In this document: positions 20,520-30,764 of the stretch, piece by piece
Layout of the letters: the number at the start of each line of letters is the position of its first letter
How positions within the stretch are numbered: the stretch's first letter is position 1
NCBI GenBank assembly: GCA_038207335.1
Contig: JBBQZX010000004.1
Span: 64,001 to 128,000, forward strand
Source of the DNA: Chthoniobacterales bacterium
Lineage (GTDB): Bacteria; Verrucomicrobiota; Verrucomicrobiia; Chthoniobacterales; Chthoniobacteraceae
Length of the DNA: 64,000 bases
Direction of reading: 5' to 3'
Program-made: the position numbers and the translations under genes
The notes under the pieces: generated by a model
The model's database searches: none
Told to the model about the DNA's origin: nothing
What the model saw: only the letters and a program-made list of their open reading frames with translations

Positions 20520-23117
20520 ATGCTTGAACTGACGCACCCGCTTTTTCTGCTGCTCGCGCTTGCGGTGCTGCTGCTTGCGCTCGCGTTGCGACGGTCGCTG
20601 GCGGACCTCACGCCGGTGCAGCGGCGCGTCTGCTTCGCGGTGCGGACATTGCTCGTGCTGCTGCTCGTCGCCGCGCTGGCGGGAGTGCGAATGCTGCTCC
20701 CGTCGGAAGACCTCGCGGTGATTTTTGCAGTCGATGAATCGGCGAGCATCTCGCCGGAAGCGGAGAAGCAGGCGCGCGATTTCGTCGCCGCAAGTCTCAC
20801 AAAGCAGCGGGCACGCGACACGAGCGGAGTTGTCGGATTTGCGCGCAGCACGGAGTTACGGCAACCGGCGAGCGAGAATGCGCGGCTGGCGGCGGAGTGG
20901 GCGCCGCCCGCAGATCGAGCGTGGACGGACATCGGCGGGGCGCTGGACTTTTCCAGCGCGGTTTTTCCCGCGGAGAAAACGCAGCGGCTCGTGCTGCTCA
21001 GCGATGGCAACGACACGGGCGGACGCGCCGCGCAATCGGCTCAAATGCTTGCTTCGCGGGGCATCGAGCTTTTCACCGCGCCGCTGCGAAACGCCGCGAC
21101 GCCGGAGGTGCTCGTGGAAAAAGTGGAGGTGCCGCGGCGGTTGAAGACCGGTGAGCCGTTCGATCTCGTGGCGAATATCCGCAGCAACATCGCAACGAGC
21201 GCGAAGGTGAAACTTTACCAAAATCAATTCCTGCTCGAGACGCGCGAGGTGGAGTTGAAACCGGGAGACAATGAATTTCGCGCGCCGAATTTGAAGGCGG
21301 ACGGGAGCTTTATTTCATACGAAGTCGAGGTCGCGGCGGTGCGCGACACGGCGATCGAAAACAACCGGGCGCAAGCAACTGCTAGCCTTCGCGGGCAGCC
21401 GCGCGTGCTGATCGTGGAGGGCGACGATGGCAAGGCGCGTCCGCTCACGGAGGCACTACGAGGCGAGAAAATCGGTGTCGAAACGCGCGGGGCGTCCGGC
21501 GCGCCGAAGACGCTGGAGGATTTGCAGCAGTTCGATCTTTTCATACTGAGCAATGTCTCGGCGCTGGCGCTGGGCCGCGAGCAGATGGAGCTGTATCGCC
21601 GATGGGTCCAGGATTTCGGCGGCGGCTTTGTGATGCTCGGGGGCGAGAACAGCTTCGGAGTCGGCGGCTATTTTCGCACGCCGATCGAGCAGATGCTGCC
21701 AGTGCGAATGGAGCACGATGACCGGCAGGATATGCCGAGCGTGGCGCTGCTCGTGGTGCTGGATCGCTCAGGCTCGATGTCGGCGCTGGCGCAGGGACAG
21801 ACAAAGATTTCGCTCGCAAATCAGGGCGCGGTGCTCGCGATGAATGTGCTGCAGCCGCGCGATTATTTTGGCGTGCTCGCGGTGGACACCCGCGTGCATA
21901 CGGTTGCGCCTCTGCAGCAACACGCGTCGAAAGCGCCGATCGAGCAAAAGATTCTCACGGTTACGGCGGCGGGCGGCGGCATCTATATTTACACCTCGCT
22001 CGCGGAGGCGTTCGCGCAGCTCCGCGATGTGCCGGCGCGGATCAAGCACGTCATCCTTTTTTCCGACGCGACGGATGCCGAGGAAAAGAGTGCAGGTGAG
22101 ATGGGCGACGGAGCGTCGGGAGCGGGCTCGGCGCTCGATTTGGCGTCGGCGATGCTGACGGCGAAGATCACGACGTCGGTGGTCGCGCTCGGGCTTGAAG
22201 CAGACAAGGACACGCCATTTCTGAGGCAGCTCGCGGAACGCGGAAGCGGGCGATTTTACCTGACGAGCGACGCGACGAGTCTGCCGCAGATTTTCAGCAC
22301 TGAGACGATGAAAGTGGCGCAGTCGAGCCTCGTGGAGGAGCCATTCCTCGCGATAGCGACGAGCAAGAGCCCAGTGATCGCTGGGCTCGACTGGGCGCAG
22401 TCGCCGCTGCTGCTCGGCTACAACGCGACGAAGCCGAAACCGACCGCAGACGTGCTGCTCGCGACAGAACGTGGCGAGCCGCTGCTGGCGAGCTGGCGAT
22501 ACGGGCTCGGGCAGGCGGCGGCCTTCACTAGCGATGCGAAAAGTCGGTGGGCCGCCGAGTGGCTTGCGTGGCCGGGATACGGGAAATTTTGGACGCAGCT
22601 CGTGCGCGGGCTCATGCGGAAAAGCGATCAGTCGAGCTTCGCGGTGAGCACGAGTGAAATGGCGGATCGGCTGACGCTGAAGATCGACGCGATGAAGCCG
22701 GACGGGGCGTTTCGCGATCGGCTCCCGATCACGGTCAATGCGCGAAATCCGAGTGGCGAGACGCAGAAGGTGGAGGCGCGGCAGACCGCGCCAGGCGAGT
22801 ATTCGGCGGCGTTCGATCTGCCAAGTGAGGGGACGACGATCGTCTCGGTGACTTCCCCGGAATTGCCCGATGGCGGATACGTCTTCGGCCACACGCGGAG
22901 CTACCCGCGGGAGTTTTTGAGCAGTGAAACGAACGATGATTTTTTGAGATCGCTGGCAGAAGCGGCGGGAGGGAAATTCAATCCGACGGCTGAAGATATC
23001 TACGCGCGCCCTGCGCATCCTTCGCTACGGAAGCGCGATCTTACCGACTACTTCCTAATGGCCGCATTGGTGATTTTCCCGATCGATATCTGGCTGCGAC
23101 GCCGCACATGGAAGTAA
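20520..23117 (+). CDS. Double-VWA membrane protein with GATase-like central domain
   Basis: MIDAS motifs DESAS and DRSGS; GGGFVMLGGENSFGVGGY GATase-like segment; N- and C-terminal TM helices. Confidence 0.85.
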   Translation: MLELTHPLFLLLALAVLLLALALRRSLADLTPVQRRVCFAVRTLLVLLLVAALAGVRMLLPSEDLAVIFAVDESASISPEAEKQARDFVAASLTKQRARDTSGVVGFARSTELRQPASENARLAAEWAPPADRAWTDIGGALDFSSAVFPAEKTQRLVLLSDGNDTGGRAAQSAQMLASRGIELFTAPLRNAATPEVLVEKVEVPRRLKTGEPFDLVANIRSNIATSAKVKLYQNQFLLETREVELKPGDNEFRAPNLKADGSFISYEVEVAAVRDTAIENNRAQATASLRGQPRVLIVEGDDGKARPLTEALRGEKIGVETRGASGAPKTLEDLQQFDLFILSNVSALALGREQMELYRRWVQDFGGGFVMLGGENSFGVGGYFRTPIEQMLPVRMEHDDRQDMPSVALLVVLDRSGSMSALAQGQTKISLANQGAVLAMNVLQPRDYFGVLAVDTRVHTVAPLQQHASKAPIEQKILTVTAAGGGIYIYTSLAEAFAQLRDVPARIKHVILFSDATDAEEKSAGEMGDGASGAGSALDLASAMLTAKITTSVVALGLEADKDTPFLRQLAERGSGRFYLTSDATSLPQIFSTETMKVAQSSLVEEPFLAIATSKSPVIAGLDWAQSPLLLGYNATKPKPTADVLLATERGEPLLASWRYGLGQAAAFTSDAKSRWAAEWLAWPGYGKFWTQLVRGLMRKSDQSSFAVSTSEMADRLTLKIDAMKPDGAFRDRLPITVNARNPSGETQKVEARQTAPGEYSAAFDLPSEGTTIVSVTSPELPDGGYVFGHTRSYPREFLSSETNDDFLRSLAEAAGGKFNPTAEDIYARPAHPSLRKRDLTDYFLMAALVIFPIDIWLRRRTWK

Positions 23118-23186
23118 TGTGAATCGAACGTTATGAACTTGAATCCTTGAGCCGCGCTCTCGCGCGGTTTTTGCTCTCCACCCCAC

Positions 23187-24023
23187 ATGAAAGATTTTCG
23201 TCTCAACCGTCTTTTTCACGCCAAATCCAAACGCTGCTTCGATGTCGCGGTGGATCATGGATTTTTCAACGAGCGCTCCTTTTTAAATGGGATCGAAAAT
23301 CTGGATCGATGCGTCCGGACGCTGGTGGCGGCTGCGCCAGATGCGATCCAGCTCACGGTCGGGCAGGCGGAACTTTTGCAAAAAATCCCGGGCCGGCAGA
23401 AGCCGTCGCTCGTGCTGCGGACTGACGTGGCAAATGTGTATGGCACAGAGCTTCCGCGCGCGCTTTTCAGCCGCATGATCGGCAACGCGGTGGAGCAGGC
23501 GCTGCGGCTGGATGCGGTATGCGTGGTGGTGAATTTGTTTCGCATCCCGGGTGAGCCGGAGGTGACGGATCAGTGCATCGACAACATCCTGCGACTGAAG
23601 CCGGAGTGTGATCGCTATGCGATGCCGCTGATGATCGAGCCGCTCGTTTTCCGCCCGAATGCTCAGGCGGGCGGATACATGGTGGATGGGGAGCTGGAGA
23701 AGATTTTGCCCCTCGTGCGGCAGGCGGTGGAGCTCGGAGCGGACATCATCAAGGCCGATCCAACGGACGATGTGAGCGTGTATCATCGCGTGGTGGAAAT
23801 CGCGGGGCGCATCCCGGTGCTTGTGCGCGGCGGGGGGAAGGCGCCGGATGTGGAGATTTTGAAACGGACGCAGGACCTGATGGTGCAGGGCGCGGCGGGG
23901 ATTGTGTATGGGCGGAATATAATTCAGCACAACGACCCGGCGGGGATGACTCGGGCGCTGATGTCGATCGTGCATGAAGGCGCGACGGCGGCGGAGGCGG
24001 CGAAGCTGATCAAGGCGGCATGA
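23187..24023 (+). CDS. Class I aldolase, DhnA/LsrF family
   Basis: VAVDHG, ELGADIIKAD (Schiff-base Lys), VRGGG, GIVYGRNI. Confidence 0.85.
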   Translation: MKDFRLNRLFHAKSKRCFDVAVDHGFFNERSFLNGIENLDRCVRTLVAAAPDAIQLTVGQAELLQKIPGRQKPSLVLRTDVANVYGTELPRALFSRMIGNAVEQALRLDAVCVVVNLFRIPGEPEVTDQCIDNILRLKPECDRYAMPLMIEPLVFRPNAQAGGYMVDGELEKILPLVRQAVELGADIIKADPTDDVSVYHRVVEIAGRIPVLVRGGGKAPDVEILKRTQDLMVQGAAGIVYGRNIIQHNDPAGMTRALMSIVHEGATAAEAAKLIKAA

Positions 24024-25141
24024 AGACGCTGAAGGTCGGAATCATCGGCGGCGGGTTGATGGGGCGCGAGTTGGCGAGCGCGATCGGGCGCTGGTGCGCG
24101 CTGGTGGATTTTCCCGTGCGGCTGGAGTTGAGCGCGGTGTGCGATGTGCAGGAAAAAGTGCGCGAATGGTTCCGGCAGATTCCGAGCGTGGCGCTGCTGA
24201 CGGCGGATTATCACGAGCTTTTGCGGAGCGATGTGGATGTGGTCTATGTCGCGGTGCCGCATCATTTGCATGAGCAGATTTACCTCGATGTTCTGCGCGC
24301 GGGGAAAGACCTGTTCGCCGAGAAGCCTTTTGGAATCGACCTCGCGGCTGCGCGCAAGATTCGCGATGCGGCGACGGAACTCGGGCGCTTAGTGCGATGC
24401 AGCTCGGAGTTTCCGTTTCTGCCGGGCGTGCAGAAAGTGTGGCAATATCTGCGTGGCGCGGAGCTTGGGCGGGTATTGGAAATCCGCTCGGGATTTTGGC
24501 ACGCGAGCGATCTCGATCCGACGAAGCCGATCAACTGGAAGCGGCAGAATCAGTTCTGCGGTGAGATCGGAGTGATGGGCGATCTTGGGATGCACGCGGT
24601 GCACTTTCCCTTCCGGCTCGGCTGGCGGGCGACGAGCGTTTTTGCACAGCTTCAGAAAATCTACACGGAGCGACCGGATGGCAAAGGCGGGATGGCGCCG
24701 TGCGATACGTGGGACAATGCGATGCTGCACTGCGAGGTCGTGATCGCCGGGAATTCTGTGCCGATGCGGATCGAGATGAAGCGACTCGCGCCGGGCGAGA
24801 TGAATACGTGGTTCTTCGAGGTGCTCGGAACGGAGGGCGGCGCGCGATTTTCGACGAAGGAGCCGAAGACGGTTTGGGTCTTCGAACGGGGGAAGGAGCA
24901 GGTCTGGAAACGCTACGATGTGGGGCAGAGCTTCAATGTTTTCACGGCGGTGACAGGCGGGATTTTCGAGGCGGGATTTTCGGATTGTTTTCAGCAAATG
25001 TGGGCGGCATTCGTGGCGGAGCGCGAGGGTTTGCTCGGCGACCGCTTTGGCTGCGTGACGCCGGATGAGGCGGTTGCAAGCCATGAACTTTTCGCGGCGG
25101 CACTGCGTTCGCATTCAGAAAAACGGGCTGTGGAAGTCTAA
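24020..25141 (+). CDS. Gfo/Idh/MocA family oxidoreductase
   Basis: GIIGGGLMG Rossmann motif, VYVAVPHHLH, EKP, GDLGMH; ATGA overlap with the aldolase. Confidence 0.9.
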   Translation: MKTLKVGIIGGGLMGRELASAIGRWCALVDFPVRLELSAVCDVQEKVREWFRQIPSVALLTADYHELLRSDVDVVYVAVPHHLHEQIYLDVLRAGKDLFAEKPFGIDLAAARKIRDAATELGRLVRCSSEFPFLPGVQKVWQYLRGAELGRVLEIRSGFWHASDLDPTKPINWKRQNQFCGEIGVMGDLGMHAVHFPFRLGWRATSVFAQLQKIYTERPDGKGGMAPCDTWDNAMLHCEVVIAGNSVPMRIEMKRLAPGEMNTWFFEVLGTEGGARFSTKEPKTVWVFERGKEQVWKRYDVGQSFNVFTAVTGGIFEAGFSDCFQQMWAAFVAEREGLLGDRFGCVTPDEAVASHELFAAALRSHSEKRAVEV

Positions 25142-25219
25142 CGCGCGCGTCGTGCGGCGGGTATGCGATTCAGCACTTTGAACGGCGGATTCACAGTCGT
25201 GTCAGAACTCGCCACTAAA

Positions 25220-26824
25220 ATGATGAAAATCCCTGTCCTCTCTCAATCCATCGCAGCGCTCGCCGCTGCCGTTTTGCTCAGCGGATCGAGCACGCTGCTT
25301 TTTGCCGAAGACAACGCCGTGACTCCACCGCCGGCGAAAGTCGATGCGACGCCGCCGCCGGTGAAAATCGATTCGACCCCGGTGCAAGGGAAGCCGGGAA
25401 TGATCACGAGTTTTGCGCCGGTTGTGGAAAAGGTCTCTCCGAGCGTGGTGACGATCTCGACCTCGAAAAATGTCACGAAGAGCGCTCAGCGAAGCAATCC
25501 GCTGCTGAACGACCCGATGTTCCGCCGCTACTTCGGAATGCCAGACGAAGACACTTCCGATGAAGACGCGACACCGCAAGCGCCGACGAAGCGCGGCGGG
25601 AAATCCGGAAAGAATTTGAAGCGCGATGGCGGCGGGAAAGACGGTGAAGCACACAAGGAACCGCTCGGCCTCGGATCCGGTGTGATCGTGAGCGCGGAAG
25701 GCCACATTTTAACCAACAACCATGTGGTCGAGGGCGCGGATGACATCGAGGTGACGATCGGCAGCAGCCAGCACAAATACAAAGCCACGAAGATCGGCAC
25801 CGATCCTGGGACGGACATCGCAGTCTTAAAAATCGACGCGAAAAATCTGACGCCGATCGTCTTTGGCGATAGCGACAAAATCCGCGTCGGCGACATCGCG
25901 GTGGCAATCGGGAATCCATTCAACCTGACGCAATCGGTTTCGATGGGCGTCATCAGCGCGGTGGGGCGTGGCGGAATGGGGATCGTCGATTATGAAAATT
26001 TCATTCAGACCGATGCGTCGATCAACCCAGGGAATTCCGGCGGCGCGCTTGCGGACATCGAAGGGCGCTTGATCGGCATCAATACAGCGATCTTCAGCCG
26101 GACGGGCGGAAATCAGGGCATCGGATTCGCAGTGCCGGTGAATCTCGCGCACGGCGTGATGGACAACATCATCAAGAATGGGCGGGTCGTCCGCGGCTAT
26201 CTTGGAACGATCATTCAGCCGCTGACGGAGGAGCTTTCCACTGCATTCAAAACGACGGATCAGAGCGGGGCTCTCGTCTCGCAGGTGGAGCCAAAAGGCC
26301 CGGCGGGAAAAGCGGGCGTGAAGGACGGAGACGTCATCACGGAGGTCGCGGGGAAGAAGGTTGAAGGGCCACGTGAGTTGCGATTGATCGTCGGGGCGAT
26401 GGCGCCGGGGACGAAGGTTGATGTGAAAGTTTTGCGCGAAGGACAGAGTCAGGTGATCCCAGTTGTGCTCGGAGAACTGCCGTCGAAGACCGGCTCGCTG
26501 GCGGCCGCGGAGGAGCGGAAAGATGAAAATCCCGACGTGCTCGATGGCGTGACGGTTGCGGATGTGGACGATTCGCTGCGCAAGGAAATGGACCTTCCTG
26601 AATCAACGCAGGGAGTGGTGATCACTGCGGTTGCTCCCGATTCTCCGAGCGCCGTCGCGGGTCTGAAACGTGGCGACGTGATCCACGAGATCAACCGGAA
26701 GCCGGTCACCACTGCGAAGCAGGCGATCGATCTCAGCGAGAAAGTGAAGGCGGATAAAAAAGTGCTGCTACGCGTCTCGAGCAAGGGCCAAAGCCGTTAC
26801 GTGGTCGTCGTTCCGCAGGAATAA
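25220..26824 (+). CDS. degP: Periplasmic serine endoprotease DegP/HtrA (protease + 2 PDZ)
   Basis: GSGVI, TNNHVV, TDIAVLK, QTDASINPGNSGG; two PDZ domains; signal peptide. Confidence 0.9.
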   Translation: MMKIPVLSQSIAALAAAVLLSGSSTLLFAEDNAVTPPPAKVDATPPPVKIDSTPVQGKPGMITSFAPVVEKVSPSVVTISTSKNVTKSAQRSNPLLNDPMFRRYFGMPDEDTSDEDATPQAPTKRGGKSGKNLKRDGGGKDGEAHKEPLGLGSGVIVSAEGHILTNNHVVEGADDIEVTIGSSQHKYKATKIGTDPGTDIAVLKIDAKNLTPIVFGDSDKIRVGDIAVAIGNPFNLTQSVSMGVISAVGRGGMGIVDYENFIQTDASINPGNSGGALADIEGRLIGINTAIFSRTGGNQGIGFAVPVNLAHGVMDNIIKNGRVVRGYLGTIIQPLTEELSTAFKTTDQSGALVSQVEPKGPAGKAGVKDGDVITEVAGKKVEGPRELRLIVGAMAPGTKVDVKVLREGQSQVIPVVLGELPSKTGSLAAAEERKDENPDVLDGVTVADVDDSLRKEMDLPESTQGVVITAVAPDSPSAVAGLKRGDVIHEINRKPVTTAKQAIDLSEKVKADKKVLLRVSSKGQSRYVVVVPQE

Positions 26825-26850
26825 TCGGCTTCGCGACTAGGAAGGTTTCG

Positions 26851-26889
26851 AGAGGCGGCGCTCATGTGAGCGCCGCCTCTTTTGCTTTT
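26851..26889 (+). terminator. Rho-independent terminator after degP
   Basis: AGAGGCGGCGCTC-ATGT-GAGCGCCGCCTCT stem-loop followed by TTTGCTTTT. Confidence 0.85.
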
Positions 26890-27108
26890 GAAATTGCCGA
26901 ATCACTTCGCATCTCCAGAATTTCGCAATGCCGTTCCCGCCGACCTGCCAAGACCCAACTTTGGACGGGGGAATTCGCAGTGTTGAACAGTCATTGCGGC
27001 GAGAATGATGCAAAGGCCACGCGTCAGTCGCGCTCTTATAGCATGCGGGAACGCGCACTGCTCTCGTTCGCGTGAGAGACACGCAATAAACCGCTCCCCG
27101 ACTGAGCA

Positions 27109-30100
27109 ATGACACTAGGCAACATCCCGCACGAGCCGCATCTCCCGAGTTCAGCCTGCGATTTTCACCGCGGGATGATCGATGATTTCCCGACACCTGT
27201 GTGGATCAGCGATACCACTGCGAAGATCATCTATGTGAATCGGGCGTGGGTCGAATTCACAGGCTGCCCAATCGAGTCGCAGGTCGGACACGGATGGTTG
27301 GAGTGTGTGCATCCCGAGGATCGGGACTCGGTCGCGGAGCGGTGCCACAAGCATTTGCGCACGCGGCAGCCTAGCGAGGTCGAGTTCCGCGTGCGGCGGA
27401 ACGATGGAGTGTTTCGGTGGGTCGTCGAGCGCGGGAATCCGCTGCATCGCCCTGACGGCACGTTCACGGGATTCATCGGATTTTGCTACGATACGACGGA
27501 GCGACGGACGATGGACTCGGCACGACGCGAGATCGAGGAGCAGGCGCGGCTCCTGGGGCTCGCAACGCGCGATATGGTCTGGAGTTGGGATCGTCGGACG
27601 GATCGCGCGATCAACAATGCGTCGTTTGCGGCCACCCTCGGAGATCTTCCGGGGCCTTTCGGCGCGAGCGTGGCCTGGTGGAAAGCGCGTGTTCATCCCG
27701 ACGACGCAGAGCGCGTCCTCGCCGCACTCGGACGCACGCTGGAAGAGGGATCGACCGACGCCGCGGAGGAACATCGTTTTCGAAAACTCGATGGCTCATT
27801 TGCAACCCTCGAGGTCCGAGTTTGCCTCGAGTGGGACGTGAACGGCGAGCTCGTTCGAGTACTGGGCGCGATGCGAGACATCACCCAACGCAAGCGCGCG
27901 GAACAGGCGCAGGCGCGGCTCACGCGCATGCTCGAGGCTACCAGTGACTTCGTGGGGATGGCCGACATCCTCGGAAATGTCTTTTACATCAATCGCGCGG
28001 GACGACGAATGCTTGGCTGGCCGGTAGAGGGTCCGCTGGGGCCATGCACGCTGCAGGACATTCACCCGGACTGGGCTACCGCGATCGTGATGGAAGAGGC
28101 ATTTCCAAACGCGATCCGCGAGGGAATTTGGACAGGCGAGACTGCACTTCGCGGAACGGAGGGGTGTGAAATTCCGGTTTCGCAAATTCTCATCGCACAC
28201 TCGGCAGCGGATGGCACTCCCGAGTTCATGTCCACGATGATGCGCGACATCGGCGAGCAGAAGCGCGCCGACGTGGCGCGCATCGAGTGGGCCAATCGCT
28301 ACGACGCCGCGATCCGGGCAAGCGGACAGCTACTGTTCGACTGGAATACCGCTTCAAACGACATCACGTACGGCGGAGACAGCGAGGGAATCCTCGGCTT
28401 CACGATGAAGGAAATGGCTGGTGGCCTGCCGCGACTGCGTGAGTTAATCGTGCCGGACGACCGCGCGGCGTTCGACGAGGAAATCGCGCGCGCGACCGCC
28501 ACGCGCGATCCTTTTCACCTCGCACTCCGACTCCGGCGAAAAGACGAAGGCGTGGTTCCGATTGAAGCGAAAGGTTACTTCTTTCTCGATCGACAGGGCC
28601 GTAGCGGGCGCATGGTCGGCTTCCTCGCGGACGTGACAGAGCAGCAGCGGGCGCAGGAGGAACTCGCGCGCGCGCACGACAGCTTGGAGGCGCGCGTGAT
28701 CGAGCGAACCGCGGAACTCGCGCACAGTCACATCGTCATTCGCGACCGAGCGATGCAGCAGGAGACGGTTGCGCATCTGGGTCAGCAAGCCCTCGCGGGT
28801 GCGAAGCTGGAGGAGCTTTTCGACGAGGCCACCGCGCTCGTGCGGACCACGCTAAAGGTCGATCTTTGCTCAGTGCTCGAGCGAGGGCCGGCTGGAAGCG
28901 AACTCTTTGTGCGCGGGAGCGCGGGCTGGCCCGACGAAATGCGGCGCGGATCGGTCCCGGCAGGATACGGCTCGCAGTCCGGCTACACACTGCTCGTGGG
29001 CGAGCCGGTGATCGTTGAGAATCTGGCGAAAGAGACGCGCTTCCAGATTTCGCAACCGATCCGCGAAATCAGAGCGACCAGCGCGATCAGCGTTCCAATC
29101 CATTCGGAGGGAGATTCGTTCGGAGTCCTCTGCGCATGCTCCACGGATTTGCGCGCATTCACACAGGACGACGCGCATTTTCTCCAGTCGGTGGCAAATG
29201 TGCTCACTGCCGCGATCACGGGCCGTCGGGCGGAGGAGAGCATCCGTCTGGCGCAGGAACAAGCAGAGGCGGCCAACCGCGCCAAGAGCGACTTCCTCTC
29301 GCGCATGAGCCATGAGCTTCGCACACCACTGAATGCGATTCTTGGATTCACGCAGCTCCTCGAGATCGACCAACCCACGACGAGCCAAGCCGAGAGCATT
29401 TCGCATATCTCGCGCGCTGGGCAGCACCTCCTCTCGCTGATCAATGAAGTGCTCGACATCGCGCGAATCGAGGCCGGGCGGCTCGCGCTTTCGCCCGAGC
29501 CGATCGAGCTGTCGAAATTTCTCAGCCAGGCGATCCAGCTCATCCGTCCGCTCGCCGTGCGGCACAAAATCGAGATCGCGCTTCAGGCGAATGAACCCGA
29601 ATTTTTCTACGCGCTGGCCGATCGTCAGCGACTTCAGCAGGTCATTCTGAACCTGCTTTCGAACGCGGTGAAATATAACCGCCCGCGTGGCGAAGTGACC
29701 GTGAGTTGCAGCGCTTTCGGCGGCGAACGCGTGCGCATTAGCGTCGCGGATACGGGTGCGGGGATTTCTGTGGAAAATCGCGAACGACTGTTCGTGCCGT
29801 TTGAACGACTCGGTGCCGAGAGCACCGAAATCGAGGGCACTGGCATCGGCTTGGCCCTTTCGCAGCGCATCGCGCACGCCATGCACGGCGAGATTGGCGT
29901 CGAGAGCATCCCCGCCAGGGGGAGCACTTTTTGGCTTGAGCTTCCTTCCGCACCTGCGGCTCCACCTCACCCTGCCGACGCGATGGAGCCGGACACTGCG
30001 AAGACGTTTCCATTTCGCGAATACACCGTCCTGTATGTCGAAGATCAGGATCTGAATCTGCGCCTCGTCGAGCGAATCCTGCAGCATCGACCAGGCTTCA

Positions 30101-30390
30101 AGCTGCTCACCGCGATGCAAGGCAGGCTCGGCCTCGATCTTGCACGAGAACATCGCCCAGACCTCGTTCTGCTCGACCTAAATTTGCCCGACATGACTGG
30201 TGACGAAATCCTGCGCCAACTAAAACTCGATCCCGCGCTCCAGCAAATCCCGGTGATCATGATTAGCGCAGATGCGATGGGAGAGCGCGTGGAATCCTTG
30301 TTGAGCATGGGAGCCGCCGACTACCTCACAAAGCCATACCGTGTGGCCGATTTCTTCCGAGTCATCGAGAAAGCGCTCGCGGGAGAGTAG
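27109..30390 (+). CDS. Hybrid sensor histidine kinase (4 PAS, GAF, HisKA, HATPase, receiver)
   Basis: PAS motifs (VHPEDR, VHPDD); MSHELRTPLN; NLLSNAVKYN; DTGAG; GTGIGL; C-terminal LVLLDLNLPD...LTKP. Confidence 0.93.
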   Translation: MTLGNIPHEPHLPSSACDFHRGMIDDFPTPVWISDTTAKIIYVNRAWVEFTGCPIESQVGHGWLECVHPEDRDSVAERCHKHLRTRQPSEVEFRVRRNDGVFRWVVERGNPLHRPDGTFTGFIGFCYDTTERRTMDSARREIEEQARLLGLATRDMVWSWDRRTDRAINNASFAATLGDLPGPFGASVAWWKARVHPDDAERVLAALGRTLEEGSTDAAEEHRFRKLDGSFATLEVRVCLEWDVNGELVRVLGAMRDITQRKRAEQAQARLTRMLEATSDFVGMADILGNVFYINRAGRRMLGWPVEGPLGPCTLQDIHPDWATAIVMEEAFPNAIREGIWTGETALRGTEGCEIPVSQILIAHSAADGTPEFMSTMMRDIGEQKRADVARIEWANRYDAAIRASGQLLFDWNTASNDITYGGDSEGILGFTMKEMAGGLPRLRELIVPDDRAAFDEEIARATATRDPFHLALRLRRKDEGVVPIEAKGYFFLDRQGRSGRMVGFLADVTEQQRAQEELARAHDSLEARVIERTAELAHSHIVIRDRAMQQETVAHLGQQALAGAKLEELFDEATALVRTTLKVDLCSVLERGPAGSELFVRGSAGWPDEMRRGSVPAGYGSQSGYTLLVGEPVIVENLAKETRFQISQPIREIRATSAISVPIHSEGDSFGVLCACSTDLRAFTQDDAHFLQSVANVLTAAITGRRAEESIRLAQEQAEAANRAKSDFLSRMSHELRTPLNAILGFTQLLEIDQPTTSQAESISHISRAGQHLLSLINEVLDIARIEAGRLALSPEPIELSKFLSQAIQLIRPLAVRHKIEIALQANEPEFFYALADRQRLQQVILNLLSNAVKYNRPRGEVTVSCSAFGGERVRISVADTGAGISVENRERLFVPFERLGAESTEIEGTGIGLALSQRIAHAMHGEIGVESIPARGSTFWLELPSAPAAPPHPADAMEPDTAKTFPFREYTVLYVEDQDLNLRLVERILQHRPGFKLLTAMQGRLGLDLAREHRPDLVLLDLNLPDMTGDEILRQLKLDPALQQIPVIMISADAMGERVESLLSMGAADYLTKPYRVADFFRVIEKALAGE

Positions 30391-30426
30391 CTTTGGAGTT
30401 GCGACCTTTTTTTAACAGAACACGAT

Positions 30427-30523
30427 GCGACACAGTGGGACGTGTGTGCATCGTCGCGCGACAAAGTGTCGTCACACGCGACATCAGCACGTTGCCGGCA
30501 CGCTCCTATCCGGCGACAAAGTG
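30427..30523. promoter_or_regulatory. Repeated GCGACA(A/C)AGTG motif, candidate enhancer-binding-protein sites
   Basis: Copies at 30427, 30458 (dyad CGACA-AAG-TGTCG) and 30513; partial copy at 30478. Confidence 0.5.
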
Positions 30524-30566
30524 CGATTTCCCTCTGTAACCAGCCGGAAGATCGCCGAGAAGCGAG

Positions 30567-30582
30567 TGGCACATTCGGTGCT
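30567..30582 (+). promoter_or_regulatory. Sigma-54 (-24/-12) promoter
   Basis: TGGCAC-ATTCG-GTGCT, with GG-N10-GC spacing. Confidence 0.6.
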
Positions 30583-30764
30583 AAACTATTCATCACAATG
30601 AAGAAAGCGCACCGATGCCTCCTGCATTCAGCGTGCATCGCTATCAAGCTGATGCACGGGAAGAGTATTCGATGGCATTGGCAGCATATCCTTCGCGAAT
30701 TCAACTGCGGTGAACATTCTGACGGGGCAAACCGTCAAAATGGACACCGCTTGGAACCCCAAAA

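Noticed and set aside
26985..27030. GATGCAAAGGCC upstream of the histidine kinase as a c-di-GMP riboswitch
   Set aside because: The upstream GGCAAAC and tetraloop elements are absent
30720..30755. GGGCAAACC resembling a c-di-GMP-I riboswitch
   Set aside because: Lacks the GAAA loop and the GACGCAAAGC segment; folds as a simple hairpin
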